From Bugula neritina (lineage: Eukaryota; Animalia; Bryozoa), in contig OZ037765.1 in the NCBI GenBank assembly GCA_964035545.1, positions 25,791,504 through 25,855,503 on the forward strand: DNA of 64,000 bases, written 5' to 3'. The notes under the pieces are model-generated. The model saw only the letters and a program-made list of their open reading frames with translations, searched no databases and was not told the DNA's origin. The position numbers and the translations under genes are program-made. Shown here piece by piece: positions 1 to 23,300 of this stretch. The first letter of the stretch is position 1. Each line of letters starts with the position of its first letter.

Positions 1-748
1 TACATATACAATCGTTTAGTGTTTACACATGTGTGATATAAGGCTTTGCTACGTCTAAAGTTGAATTACTGCAGCCTACAAGTTCCTTGGTCTTGGGGAC
101 ATTGACAGGAATTACTGAGCTTAGAGCTGGGATATTACTAAGCTACTAGTAAGGGAACTCTATTATACTGGTTGAGGGTTTAAAACTTTAAGGATCAACA
201 ATTCAACAAGAATACCATTATATGTACTACCAACTATTATGACAAACTGTAACTACAACAAGAACTGAAATATAAGCTAGTTTGAAGCCGCTTACTTGTT
301 GTAGTTTTTAAATTTCTTTAGAGGTTTGTTTTATCCAGCCTGTCACAATGATAGATGAGTTTTGTGTGATTTGACCAAAGCAATAGCTCAGTTAGACCAA
401 ACTTGAATATATCATTTTGAATTAACTAAACACATCTAATTATGGATTCATAGTTCATGATGCCATAAATTGAAATTTGTTCAGAAACAGTAGTTTTCAA
501 ATTTCTTAAAAACACAATGTTATTGTTATAGCTTTTTACTCGTTTTCATAATTAAGAAGTTTACTAGAAACTACTAGAAACGAAAAAGAACCAACATCGC
601 TATCAATACTCCTGCAACAGTTTGACATCCGCCAATACTATTATCAATGTTCTCTTAATAAGCAATGTGTATGCAGGGATAGTTGTGGTAATAGTGCCTG
701 TCAGTAAACCGGTCTATGAAAGAGAGAAGAAAGAATTAGGACACACAC

Positions 749-1617
749 CTTGCTGAAGAACTGACTTTGACCAGCTACTAGCACCGTAGAGCCAGTGAGA
801 GACCTCTTTCTCTCTACAGTGTCATCAGTTCTGTTATTTACTTGATTCTAAAAAGTCATATAAATATTTATTCCTTATGAAAATTAATGTTGAAGTTAAT
901 TCTAAACACCACACTATGACAATGACCTACAACTTCAGCTTTCAGCTCTAGTGGGCAAGGTTCTCTTCATTACACAAAGTTAAATTTGAAAATTGATATT
1001 TATCATCATGTGATTGTAAAAGCACAAAGCCTTATGTTACAACTCACAACACATCAATTACAGATACTAGTTTTACAAAACTATGGTTGAAGGGAATATA
1101 ATGAATAGGGAGGTTACTGATTGCTATTTATCAAAGTGCCATGGCTACCACTGACTACATGCTAAGGTATGCAGTTGCTAAACAGCTCTAGTGACAACGT
1201 AGATATCTAACCTGTGCAAAGAAATTACTGTTACCAACACCTGTATACAATGTGCCCGTGTCAGTTAGTCTGCGGATTGGTGTGTCCTCCATATCCTATA
1301 CAATGGTAATCAGCAGGATATTTTACTAGCAATTCAGAACAGCAACAATTCATATAATTTTATATTTACTAGTTTGTAAATAACACAAATACAGCAAAGA
1401 ATATCCATATAATATATAATGAACAATAGGCTGTTCACAGAAAGGCACGTAGTATAACTATTATATAACAATGGACAACATTAGAAAGTATTAAAGTGAG
1501 CCAAGTGGAGTCAAATGAAAAGAAACTGCCCCAAAAGAATGAGATAAACATGACTTACCAGACTTGAGTGGAATGTGTTAAGACTTTGCCTGTTTTGAGT
1601 GCTCGCCATTCTGAATC
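749..1617 (-). other. Possible small exons of an unidentified minus-strand transcript
   Basis: Exon-like blocks with AG/GT borders (about 1560-1617, 1241-1295, 749-813) could join as MASTQNRQSLNTFHSSLDMEDTPIRRLTDTGTLYT...; no family recognised and other frames are stopped. Confidence 0.25.
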
Positions 1618-4600
1618 TAGATAAAACATGATGTGAAGTTGGTCAGTTTTTGAATGATAAGTTTCAGATAAAATCAACAGCAAATATTATAAATATTTAT
1701 TTAATACCTGACATTTACCTGTTTATACTAATAGGTATGTTTTGTTCACTGGTTAAAACAGGATGACTGAGTTACCTTTTCTAATTATAAATGCGTTGAA
1801 TATAATTTTATCCACACTAGTTGAATATAGTACTGCAGTATGATTATAGTAATAAATCACCCACTCCAAATATTTCTACTTCAAATGAGAATCAGTTTAG
1901 ATACTATTAGAATGAACCATTCAGGTAGGTATTATAATAGATTGCAAAATGTATTGAATGCTGGCGGATATCTTAGTCTATTCAAAACGATAATCTTTTA
2001 AAACTCCTAACAAGCATCATTCATGCGCCACATAATTGATAGGCTACGACTGATGATAATATTGTGATGATTTTACCAATAACTAAAAGAAATATTATTT
2101 AAGAATAAACAAAAGATAATTAGAAAGCATATAGTACTAATATACAGTCATCTTATATACTAGTAAGCAGGTATCTTGGAAAAAACTGTTGAAGGAACAA
2201 TATAAAGTAAGTTAGAGAGGTTTTTACCAACCATGTGCATTCAACTTAGGGAGAAGTTTGAGAAACAGAGTGTAGACCAACAATCAGGAAAACTAACTTA
2301 AAACTCATTGTAAAATATATGTTTCAAATTTAGGCCACAGGTGGCCACTGCCATATAAACCTTTGACTTAAATGTCTATGGTAGTGGAGAATTAGCCACT
2401 AAAACCTTACTTTTAAATATTATTTTTAAATATTAGTACAGTAAAGTAAAAATTATATAATAAATTTTAAACAAAGATTTTAAAACAATCTAAATTTGCT
2501 AAGCCTGATGTTGATTGAAGAGAAGTGTTCCGACATATTATAGAAATCAAATAGTTATCATAGGAAAAACAACACTATATTCACTTTGAAACTCCGATAG
2601 CAGAAAGATGCACAACTGTTAAGTGACTTTACATACATAGAAATAGATTTCAGACACCAAACCGAACATTTCATTTTTATCAACATGTTAATAGCCAATA
2701 TAATTTCATGATATTCAAAGCATGTGCATTTCAGTGACAAGAACAAGTGTTGTGCTATACTGTCTGCACTTCAGATCAAAGTTTTGTGCTATCAATGTTG
2801 ACTATTTAGTGGAATATTAGCATGCATCATAACTAATAGCCAATATTAACTAGATCTTGGCACAATTTTAATGTAAACTAAAACCATGCCCACAAGTGCA
2901 ACATCTTTATCTTGGTAACACACCCATCATTAGCTACTCCTACATTTCTCAAAGTAAATTCAACAGATTGGGACAGAGTTTTACACCAACTTTCAGCAAT
3001 CTAAGTCAATATTAGATAAATTGATTCAAGTTTGGCAATAATGTGAGTTGATGTGCAAGAAGATAATTATAATGTTTATTGCCATTTAGATATTTGCATA
3101 ATTTTAATGAATTTGGCAAGTAGTTCCAAACATTTAATAACCAGTTTATACATAACAAAAGAGAAAAACAATACCTCTACTTCTAGCTTTAGCCATTTTA
3201 AGTTTACAGCAATAGTATGAGTATATTAGCTAACAGTTGATAAATAATATTAAAATAACTACCAGCCTCATAATGTTGGTCATGATACTCGTACTCACTA
3301 CTGTGAAAAATGCAAGCTAATATTAATAGCAATACCAAATTTTCCAACAGACTGAGCCACTGAGTCAGACATGCACAAATATAAATGTAAAAACTGCTTG
3401 AAGTTGATAAAACTGAATACAATGTCAAAGTTGTAATGTATAATTTGTATTATAATTATTTATAATATTATTAACACTTGACTCACTTGAATATCAATTA
3501 ACAAATAATCAACAATTGTTATTACTCGTATTATCAATCATCATCATTATGATTATAATAACTATTAGTACTATAGTAGTACTGATACTGGTAGTCATAG
3601 TGATTTGGCTACATTCAAAATTTTATACTATAATCATTATTATTTATTTTTAATTTAATTTTATGCTCATACTTATACTTATAGTAATAGTTATACTTAT
3701 TAATATTACTATTAGTTACAACTTGTAAATAAAAAAATTAGTTTAAACTTGAAAATATAAATTGCTACTAATATTACATATTATAATTAAATTTAATACA
3801 GTATAATAATATTTATATTAATAATAAACCATTAGCATTATGATTACGGTTAGTGTTACCAATACCTGAGCCTGAGGCTGAAAGTGAACTTCACTGTGAA
3901 GTTGACGTTGTTGTAGTGAATATTGCAAAATGAAAAAGGTTATATACAGGAAGCGGATAAATTATAACTGAAGCATTTATAATCCTAGTATCAGGCTCAG
4001 TCGTTGCTAATTGCATTAGAATAAAACCATTACTGATTACTGATAAAAACAATTACAGAGCTTTACACATGACTAAAATAGGAAGTACTGTTTCACACAT
4101 TCCACAACAACCGAGTGTTTAAATATAGAACTGCAGAGTTGTCTCCCATATTACCAAGTACAGAGTACAAGTAAAATTACGCAATGCTAATTACCATGAG
4201 CAAATAACTACTAATCATGATGTTATTTTTATAAAAAATTTAAATAAAAAGCACCCATGCAACAATAACTCCAATGAAGCCTTTTAACCCGAAAAATATA
4301 AGTAAAAAGGTAAGTAAGGTAATAACTGATACAAATCAGAGTTGTCTTTCGCGTTGAGAGCGTTCCGTTTATACTTGATCTCCAGAGATAAATACAAATT
4401 ACGAAGTATTGAAATGTTAACATTAATATAGGTGAAAGGCTCACACATGTGGATAAATTGCTGATATCAGGTGTGCTGCTAATGCTTAGTACTAGTAGTA
4501 GTACTAAATGTACCAGTACTAATAAATGTAACTAATAGTTATAACTGAGTTATAACATAATCAACATAGTGATTGTTAATGTAGTTTACTTAAACCGTAA

Positions 4601-4669
4601 TGCTAATATTAACATTTAATGGTAATTCTAAAAGTGTGCAAGTGACTCTGGGTACTGTAAGTGTAGTAG

Positions 4670-4823
4670 ACGTAGTACTACTACTAGCCCTAGGGGCTAG
4701 GGGTAGTACTACTACTACTAGTACTACTAGTAGTAGTAGTAATACTAATAGTACTACTACTAGTAGTACTACTACTGCTACTACTACTAGTACTACTAAT
4801 ATTACTAGCCCTAGGGGCTAGGG
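4670..4823. repeat. (ACT/AGT)n tract bracketed by a 21-bp near-palindromic direct repeat
   Basis: TACTAGCCCTAGGGGCTAGGG at 4682-4702 and 4803-4823. Confidence 0.85.
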
Positions 4824-7501
4824 CATATCTAGTCTTTCAGTGACTATTCTGTATTCACAGTTAATGTTATTAACAATAACTTTAAGTCGGTGTGAGGGTA
4901 ACTAGTGGTATAACTATAACATTAAGTTTAACTATTGTCATTGTCTATTACTATTAGTATTACTATTAGTATTAGTGTATGTCAGTAAGTGTAAGACTGT
5001 GAGTACGATTTTTTACTATTTAGATTTAGTTTATAGTTATCACTTAAAATTTTAGTTTTACTTTGACTTTTACTTTTAGCAATGCTAATACTAATAAAGT
5101 TAGACCATAGTCATAATGATAGTGAATAGAATTAGAAGTACTGATAGTGATAGGGATACAGTTTGAGTATGTGACCTGGTGATAATATTAGTTGTATTAC
5201 TATTACTGTTACTGTTAGTATTACATATATTCATATTGTTAGTTGTTCATTAGATTTAGTTCTACTTAGTTGTTTTGTTATACTTATTTATTTATTATTA
5301 AGATTATAATTTAAATTATTTTTAATTTTATATTTTATTAAATTAGTTTTTAACTTAAATTTTATTATAATTATTTATTTATTTAAATATAAGTTTTAAC
5401 TATAAATAGAATCATAATGAATATGATAATGATGCTCATGAGTAACAATGATAATCATAATCATGATGATCATTGCTTATAGTTATTTCATTATATTTAT
5501 TAGTTATACTAATAGTAATAGCCTACTGTACTACTGATACTCAAAATTACTAATAGTAATAGTAAAACTATAAGTAAATGTAGTACTGTAAGTAAAACTA
5601 TTACTTATAATTATACTTGAACAATCGCGCTGATACTCACTCTCAGCCTCAGGCTAATATTTTTAAACATCAACAGAACCACATTGGTATTGTAATACTA
5701 AATGTTATCAGTCATGTCTACACTGAAAGTGGAAGATGTTTTACCACAGCTGAATAGCCTTAGGTTTTTTTCCATAGGCATATACAATACAAAATAGTTA
5801 CTTTAACTGAATAATTTACTGACCTAAGAACTGTCTAGATTTTAAATCAAATAGTTTAATAATTCTTTTTCTATGCTTGTCAAGTATGAAAAAAATCAAT
5901 AATGACAGTGATATTAATTATCTGCTTAATATATTGACTATTATATTTATAAAACTCCGTAACTGGCTGTTTGGTCATTCTAAAATTTTAGCACACCCTG
6001 AAAATATCAAATAATTATCATTTATCACCCAGTCAACTCACATAAAAAGCATATCTAATTAAGCAGTATGGTGTTGTTTCAGGTTTGCTACTGTGTCTGG
6101 ATCACTTAAAATGTGATTGACTTTATCTATCAGCCAACTTGGCAACAGGTTCATTTAGTTTATTAACTATCGAATGGTACTCTGGAAATATAATGGGAAA
6201 AATAGAAATTATATAAACTGCATTAGACCACAGGAAGGTTTTAGATAATATAAGTTACATCAAAATCAAAGTAGTTGAGCATCATCATTATAGGTAATGT
6301 ATAAATATACATAGTGACTCAAGCTATTGTAAGTAACAATGTAGATCAAAAGGTTAGAGAAGCATTATGAGAATAGTATAAATTTAAGCAAGATGACATT
6401 AGCAATTGTAGAATGTATATATAAACTGTAGGTAAAATGACATTATATTAATCCAAATGAGACTTACAAAATTGATGCACATGTAATATATCCTTTGTCA
6501 TCCAACATGCCAAACCAGTGGTCTAGATCCAGAGTATAAAATATTAGAGTATAAAGTTGTGTTTTTGTATACTATAGTAGCAGATGTAGTAAGCCTTCAG
6601 TTAAAAGAGGGAAGTTAAAAATGTTCTTTTGAGGCTGCTTGATCTGAACACATTGACCTGTGCTGTGCTAGGGACATTGAATTATCGTAACAGCACTGCT
6701 AGCTAAGAATAGCTTTTGATGTAATGTAGTAATAAAGCAAGAAATTAAGTTTGCTATGTATTAGTAAGTAGTATGATAATGAATTAGTATAGTGTACTTT
6801 AAAAAGCTACAACAATTGGTGGCATACCAATACAAGTATATTGCAGTAATATTCATTGTTTTTTTTATTATTTTTACACTATTTAATATAAGAAATATTT
6901 TCTAAAATTGTTTAATCTATTAAATACTGAACTCAATGACAGATATCCTAACATGATATTAAGCGAAAAAGTTTTTAATCTTATTATGTAAAGTTGCATG
7001 TTTTTTTCACTTTGTTGCACTTACTTTCTTTCTACAAACTTGAATAATTTTTGCATACAATCATATTATATATGATCCTATGTAAAAAAAACTAGAAAAT
7101 TAAAATTTTTACTCTGATATGGTGTTGCTACGATTTAGGCATGAAATAATTTCATCAGTTTAAACTCAATTTTTAGTTTCAAATACTTTGAATTAAAATA
7201 AAAAGCTGATGTTTTACTTATTTGTAATTAAGCTGCATTTCCAAATATATTTTTAATTTACTGGTGTGCAGTTGAATGTGTAAAAATTATATATATTAGT
7301 AATAGACCTCCTTACAAAAATTAAATTCATTACCAATTGTGAAAAATACTGATTCACAATTTCTTTTTGAATCCAATCTTTTGCAAACGAATAAGTTTTA
7401 CCTATTCTAGTTAATATTGTCAGCCAGTTTGAGCATGAGTTATTTCAATTTTTTAACGAAGTATGTGTTGAATTTATTATATGTATTTATGTTTTGAAAG
7501 C

Positions 7502-15738
<8,237 letters not shown>

Positions 15739-17345
15739 CAAAAAAAAACAATTAAAATAAGGAGATTTTAAAGGAAACATAAATCTGTTTATCTAAATAA
15801 AATACTAGAGAAAGTTTTGCTTCATTCTGGCACTTAATATAAAATAAACAGGTATACAAAATACAAGTGGAGAAAAGTGTTAAAACTTGGGTGTGAATGC
15901 ATATTTTGTAAAAAGTAAAATTAATTCTTTTTGTTTCACATTCAGTTTTATATTTAATTTGATACACAATATGCAGTATTGTTATATACTTTTTTTCTGA
16001 AAATATGATTTTTCTGAAATTATATTCTTGCTATTTGCTGCAAGTTGGCATTAAAAATGGAGCACTACTAGAGTGTAAGTATTTAATGTGGGGCCTTAAA
16101 TACTAATAGAGATCAGTTTCAACAAGATATTAATAATTTTATTTAGCTACCCAAGTGACACTTATTAAAATAAATTCTTTATCTGTTCACTTAGCTTCAT
16201 GGGACCCTTACAACCAATTTTTTCACAGGTTATTGCAAAGTGCTGTACATACAGTTTCTCAATGGTCAAAGCTGTAGGTGAATTGTGGCATTTAAGTTCT
16301 GCATGCCCTATTTTCATAAAACTCCTTTCAGATAGCTCCAACATTAGAGCACTGCATTGGTTTATGAAAAGGACTCTGCTTACTTGTATGTTGGATGCTA
16401 ATACTTGGGGTTTTCATTTCACAAAACCCAGATTTCTGATTAGTGCCTTGACTTTGCAAATCATTGATTTTATTTCAGGTATTCACTAATTCCTCAGTCT
16501 ACCTAAAACTAAACACTACTACTTGCTACTATGCAATCCTGCAAATATTACAATGCAGGCACATGAGCATATATAAAATTGGATATGATTGGTGGCACCT
16601 AGTTGACTCACGAATGCTATTGGTACATTCATCAAATATTAGATTTGCACTACTAGCTCCCATCTTAACTCTTCTAGCAATAATTATGCTTGGTATACAA
16701 GTATGCTGAGTTTTGTAGTTTCAACTTTGAAGATTTTGCTAATATTGCTTTTAGATAATACACAGTAGAGTTATTGGACATGCAACGTATGTATAGGGCA
16801 AGTTATGTAGCATGCAACTAAAGTATAGTTGTTCAACAAAGCAACACAAACATATAAAGTGCTTTTTTTGCTTTGTGGTTTCATATTTTCTAAATAATAA
16901 TATATCATAGAAAAATTTTAAATTGTATGATATCAATATTATATTGACTTAGTTTGCATAGCCTGACTCACAGTCAGATTATTTAGGTGTCAAAATTGTT
17001 TCAATAAGCTATTCCAAAAAAGTACAACCAACAAATAATAAATATTATACTGTAAGCCATGACTATATTGGTAAGCTGCAACAAATATGGCATTTCCCTT
17101 AGAACACGATCACAGATAATTTTACAAGACAAGCTTGCTTTTCTATCAAATAAACCATATGAAAACTATAAAATGAAATTTTCAAAATATATGTACCTAT
17201 AGATAAAGACATAAATAAATACAATGATTACAGACTTGCTAAATTGTCAAAAAATAACTGTTGTGGGACATAATATAAAACAGCAAGTGTATTATACAAG
17301 AAAACACACAAATGACTGTTCATTCCATCTGAACTGAACACATCT

Positions 17346-20300
17346 CTATAATACTGTAAGAGGTTTGGCTGACTTAGATTGACTGATACTCGTGTAAGCA
17401 GCATGTATCTTGAAATGCAGACGAGATTCCAGAGCGTAACCTTTATAGTTGCTTCTACAAGCAAAGTAGGATTTATTTTTTATGTTATATATTTAAAAAT
17501 TATACAGGGAATTGGGTTTGTTATTCAATGATATATAATCCAAATACATGTTAATTTGAATTATTAAATAAAAACGAGGACCTATAAGGTGGTTAAGTAT
17601 AAACATTACTAATACTTTAGAAATTCACTAAACTTTTTGTGACATACTTGGCACAGTCAAGGAGGTCAGAAGCTTCAGCATACTCCCCCATTTTCACTCT
17701 AAGCAGTGCCTGTTCCACAGTAGCCCATGGTGCAAGATAGGTATCAAATTTCAAGTCTTTAGCACTGCAAAAGCAGATATTTTTGTATAAATAAGTGCAA
17801 TAAGCTGGATGCCAATAACCTTTACCCTATAAACGTAAGCAATAAATCATAAACCTATTTGTAAACTTTTAATGGTTTGGTCTACCTGATAAAACTGTCA
17901 GAAAGCGCTAAGTGATTCAATCATCAAACCTATCAATATTATAATTTTGCAAAACTCAGGAAAAGTGATTTCGTTAATATATTTTAGAAATTATGGGGTA
18001 CCTATAGGTTCAAGACAATTATTTTTAGCAACTTCTAGCTCCAAATACATAACCACATAGAGTAGGTCAGCTAACTATAGAGTGCAGCTTTAGACTATTC
18101 TAATGATCAACTTTTCCTTCACTTTGGAAACATTTCAGTACATAAATATTGAGACTAACTGAGAAATGATTTCCTGATAGCACATGTCCGCCTGAAAGAG
18201 TTGTCCTTTCATTGCCAAACAAACGCCTTTGAGGAGGAGAGCGAGAGAGTAATTGTCAAAGTAGTACTTGAGCTGATCTACAACCATGGAATATGTCATA
18301 TTATAGCTGTCAAAGCTACTAGAGTAATACTTAGTATTATTATATTTAAAACAGCCCCATCATAGTTTATTAAAGGTAAATAAAGACGCAAGTGATACAA
18401 GTTTCACAATCAAAACTGCTACTCCTAGCAATACCTGCAGTTGGTAGGAAGTACGGTGAAACAAACCTTTTTTGGAGATTAGTTTGTTTATGGAGTCTTC
18501 AATAAGCTGGGATATTGGATCTAACAGCTCCATATTTTTACCTATTATAGAGAAGCCATTCCACACGTATATCATTTCCTAAAAGAAATATAGAGCTAAC
18601 TATACAGCCATACCAATAAAGTCTTATTTGGTTCGTTATTACCACCATTAAAATACCAATGCAATAAAGAAACGCTGATATTTATAAACACCTATGAGTA
18701 ATGTTCATGGAGAAATCTTGGAAATTAAAAAAAGACTAGAAGTAAAACTGAAATTTAAACACCAAAAAACTATAATAGCTACAGATATGCCAACCTTCCA
18801 AATGCTAACAGCTAGACTTATGCATGACCGTATTTTGACCTTTCCTCCTTTCAGATAATTTTTTTTAAAATAATAACTCTGATGACGCAACAAAAGTTTT
18901 GACAGAGCACTTTGCCAAGTATGTGATTATTCTATTCCCTCTTTGTATGGCATAATTTGAAAATTTTCAAATTTAACCAACTTCTTTTTAAAATAATTTT
19001 CTTCTTACTACAAAATGCATTACTTGTCGTTGTCCACTTACATTATATGATAAATTGCAATTAGATTTTGGAAGCATAAATTTATAGCACTTCAAATCTA
19101 ATCTAATGCCTACGACATAATGTAATTTTATGCAGCAAGTAAAATAAAATAAGTTTTCCTGTTTTGTTCAACAAAATATTAAGCAACCAAAACTAAAACT
19201 TTGATCACATGATTTACAATCAACATACTTTATTGAAAAAATTCAACAGAAATTGGGAGTAATTTGGCGCATTAACAATGACACCGTAAAAGCACTCGAT
19301 ATCTATGAAGGGGTTCCTGAAGTTAGAAAACTTGACTCACCAATGCTGCCAGATTGAGCTGACAATTCTGAGCCTTATACAGCTTCACCTTTTTCAATGC
19401 GAACTTCTCTATAGGTAAAGATTTACCTGCAAATCGTTGTATGAGTTCAGGTACTTGGCTAAAAACAAAACATGAAGAGATAATAATATGAGCTTTACGA
19501 CAGCTCACTGTGCAGAGATTAGGAAATCTGAATATATGGACAACAACTAATGCCCATCCACCTGTAATTAGCAGTTGTATTATTGTAAACTTCTTCAGTG
19601 TATTATAAGGCAATTAGTATTCCTGCTACTTTATACCAATAAGTGAGCAGTTGTTAAGTTATAAAGTCTGTCGCATGTTGAATGATTCAACAAAAACTGC
19701 ATGCGGTAACATATTACAGCAACACATTATCATGAATAATGTTTCCAACAAGTGAATTAAGTACACTTTAAAAACATATAATTACTTAACTAAAAGCAAG
19801 AACTAAAAACTATACCTGTAAAGATCTTTCACCAATGACTCAGTCTGCTCATCTTCACCACACAAAGAGAGAAAGGAACCCTTCAGATACGTGTATGTAG
19901 CTCTGCTCCATTTGTTCTCAGTGGCCAACTTTTCAGCATACTTCATGGCGAGAAGCCAGTCACACTTGTAAGCATAGCACCACATAAGTTCCCAGTAACA
20001 TATATGGTGAAACTGCCTCCATTCAGACTGACTTTCAACAGACCGCAAGAGGAGGGCCAGAGCTTTATCAATGTCTCCTTTGATTTGTTCAATTCTTCCA
20101 TGGAAAAACAGAAATAGTGCACTCTGAAACATACAAAGAGTAAATTATTTCAACAACTGGTGTGATGACTTATAAACTACACTTGAAAGCAAAATATACT
20201 ACTAGTTTATTTGTATATAGGTTTAGAGTTACGCTAGTTATACACTATTTTGATCGTTACAACAAATGAATGAAAAACAATAGTGAGAGTTTACATCTTT

Positions 20301-23300
20301 CAAAAGAATAGAGTAAGTTCAAAAGTATCAGCTAGACAGTCATTCTGCTTCAAATGACAACAATACAACATAACTACAACTAAAGAATACACACCATCAT
20401 TTTAAATGAATAGAGATTTTCTAATATCAAATATTAGGCTACCTGAGGGTAGAGCTGCAGACATGGTTGGATAACTTCCTCTGAAGCAGTTATATCCCCT
20501 TCCCCGGTACCTGCGTAGTAAGAGCAGATAAAATATACATGTATGTATGTATAACTTTCCAATGTCTTTTGTCTCCTCACAATTCAAAGAGTCAGCTTAC
20601 AATGCTATATATTTACACGACATTACAAAAGGAAAAAATCTCTACACAACCAATCTCATACGGGTATTTATGGCCTCTCCCTGTGTCAATACGATAAAAT
20701 ATTACTTATCAGTTTAGGGAGTGTTGGCTAGTAGTTGTTTTGCTAGTATCAACTTCTATCAAGTGATACACCATTTACACACTATTACAGAAACCCTCTA
20801 AACCCAGAGAACATATTATTGTTGATTGTTATTTTTGAAAAAGACTTTCCTAGTGAATTGTAAGGATATACCAAGGTTCATAGTTTATATTCATTGTTTT
20901 CTTGCCAGCCACTTTTGTTTTAGTAATGTGTTTGTAGATTACACAAACTACGTTAATAGTAAGTAGTCCATCAGAAAAATAGGAAAAGTAAAGGTTTCAA
21001 AATATTAAATAGCAAAATATTGAAACTATTTATTTCAATTCACAAAATTTACTTTTTTTATACAACTAAAAAAATTCTAATAAGATTTTTGAAGACACTT
21101 CTTTCACCACTAGTTTTTCATTATTAATTGCAGCAAATATTTGACTATGACTGTGAGCTTTTCAAAAAGTTGAGAATATATTCTCATCTCCACAAACTTG
21201 TTAAAATGATGAATATTTAAATTTCAACTTTGAGTGTTTATTTGAATAGTCAACCAATTTTAGAAACTTGAATAGAACTGTTGTGGTTAAAAGCACGGTT
21301 GTAAATGAATGCTATTTCAGTGTGGTTTACTATTTGTAGAAAATGGAACTTAGGACTGAAAGTCAACGAAAGGAGTTCAAGGCTAAGCTAACAAAACAAA
21401 TTATAGCTTCAGGTACTAAAATACAACTACAGCTTCATGAATATGACAAGAGTCAACCTTTACATGACATATTAAGTAGATGGAATAATCCACAGGGACG
21501 AAACTTCCTTATGTTGGCAATTATTCACGAGAAAAAAGAAGCAGTGTATGATATTCTCGATATTTTAAATCTTGGTGCTACTGATTATGGATTTTGGACG
21601 AAAGAAGACTTTGTAAAATTCCTATGTATGACAGACAATGACCGTAACAATGTGTTGCAGCTGGCGCTGCTTTATCAAATCAATAAACAAAGTGATGGAT
21701 TGCTTCAAACCCTGCTAGTTCATGTTGAAGATGGCAGGAGCAAATTGGCAGAGCTAGTCGATAATGAGAACAATGCTAGACAGAAGTCAATAGATATTGC
21801 TTTTAGAGGACGGTGGGATAAGGATGTAATCAATTCTTTATTAGATAAAAGTAATGACTATGACAGAAAAGGTATGATGAGAGCCATAATATTTTACAAT
21901 GATGTGTATGAGAACGAGAGAAATGCACGTTCCCTAGATGAAGCACTCTTTAGCAGAGGGTTTTATGTAGAACATTGGACGCATAAACAGTGGAATGCAG
22001 ATACCCTTCTTGACAAGTTGACAACAAAATGTAAAGAGGGTATGGATCAATTGTGGGTGGTGGGTCTTACTCATGGCGTATACAAGTATATCTTCGATTC
22101 ATCTAGTAAGAAAATCCTGATTGACGATATAGAACAAAAACTTATAAACACCTCTGATGGAGGAAAAGATGTAAGAACTTTTCACATTTACATTTTCATT
22201 AAAAAATCTATAAACTTGACACATCAGTGAAAGCACGGCAGAGAAATAATTTTATTTTAGATTATATTTTAGACACTATTTACTTAAAGTAAATTTAGCA
22301 ATAATTCAAGATGAAGTTTGAAAAAATACAATTTGATTTTCTTTATTCAATTATTCTTCAAAACAAAGCAGTCCAAATAACCAGCAGATTACACATAATT
22401 GCATGAGACCCATTGTCAATTTTTGTTAAAATAGATTTAGTTTTGACATCGTGGAACCCAGAAACTAAACTTTTTATTATTACAATATTGACAACTACAG
22501 TTGAATGTTGCAAATAAGAACAGAAAACTTCCAATGCTGATTCTCACAGTTAGAACTTAAATTATTTGCTATAACCCATTGCTTGTTAATTTCAATACTA
22601 TTTCAACCATTTTTTGAAAAGTTTCCACATCTTGATTACCAGTACATGTGTGCTGAGTCACCAGACGGCAAAGTTGGCCTTTTAAAGAGCATTAATGTTG
22701 TTTTGCACGAATAACAAAATGTTATTTTGCATAAATAACATTTTGTTATTTAACATGAATGTTAAAATCGAATAAGACGATTCTTGAAAACAGTAAAAAC
22801 AATGATTTGGGAGTTAGTCCTCTCAATCTGTAAACAAATTATTGCACAAAAAGCTGAGTTTTGAAGTTTCTTGATAAGCTCTACCAAACTAAAACATTCC
22901 TGACAACTTCATACAAAACAATTATTCTACTAGTTTACAGTGACATATTACTACATATTTCAGATAATCATCATTATTGATGCTTGTCAAGAGAATGAAG
23001 AAGAGGAAGGAGAGGAAGGAGAGAGAGGAGAGGAAGGAGAGAGAGGAGAGGAAAAAGAGAGAGGAGAGAGAGTAGAGGAAGGAGAGAGAGGACAGAGAGT
23101 AGAGGAAGGAGAGAGAGGAGAGGGAGGAGAGGAAAGAGAAAGAGGAGAGGAAAAAGAGGGAGGAGAGAGAGGAGAGGAAGGAGAGAGAGGACAGAGAGTA
23201 GAGGAAGGAGAGAGAGGACAGAGAGGAGAGGAAGGAGAGAGAGTAGAGGAAGGAGAGAGAGGACAGAGAGTAGAGGAAGGAGAGAGAGGACAGAGAGTAG

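Noticed and set aside
935-1010. Box C/D snoRNA as a called feature
   Set aside because: C and D boxes are present but there is no clear D' box or terminal stem, and no rRNA target could be verified.
1241-1295. In-frame TGA suggesting a selenoprotein exon
   Set aside because: The upstream exon has TAA in the same frame; no SECIS or family motif recognised.
4600-4821. 73-aa Thr/Ser-rich ORF
   Set aside because: Translation of the ACT/AGT microsatellite; no evidence of coding.
20630-21000. NF-kB/IRF-like sites upstream of the nested protease gene
   Set aside because: Only partial matches, expected by chance in AT-rich DNA.
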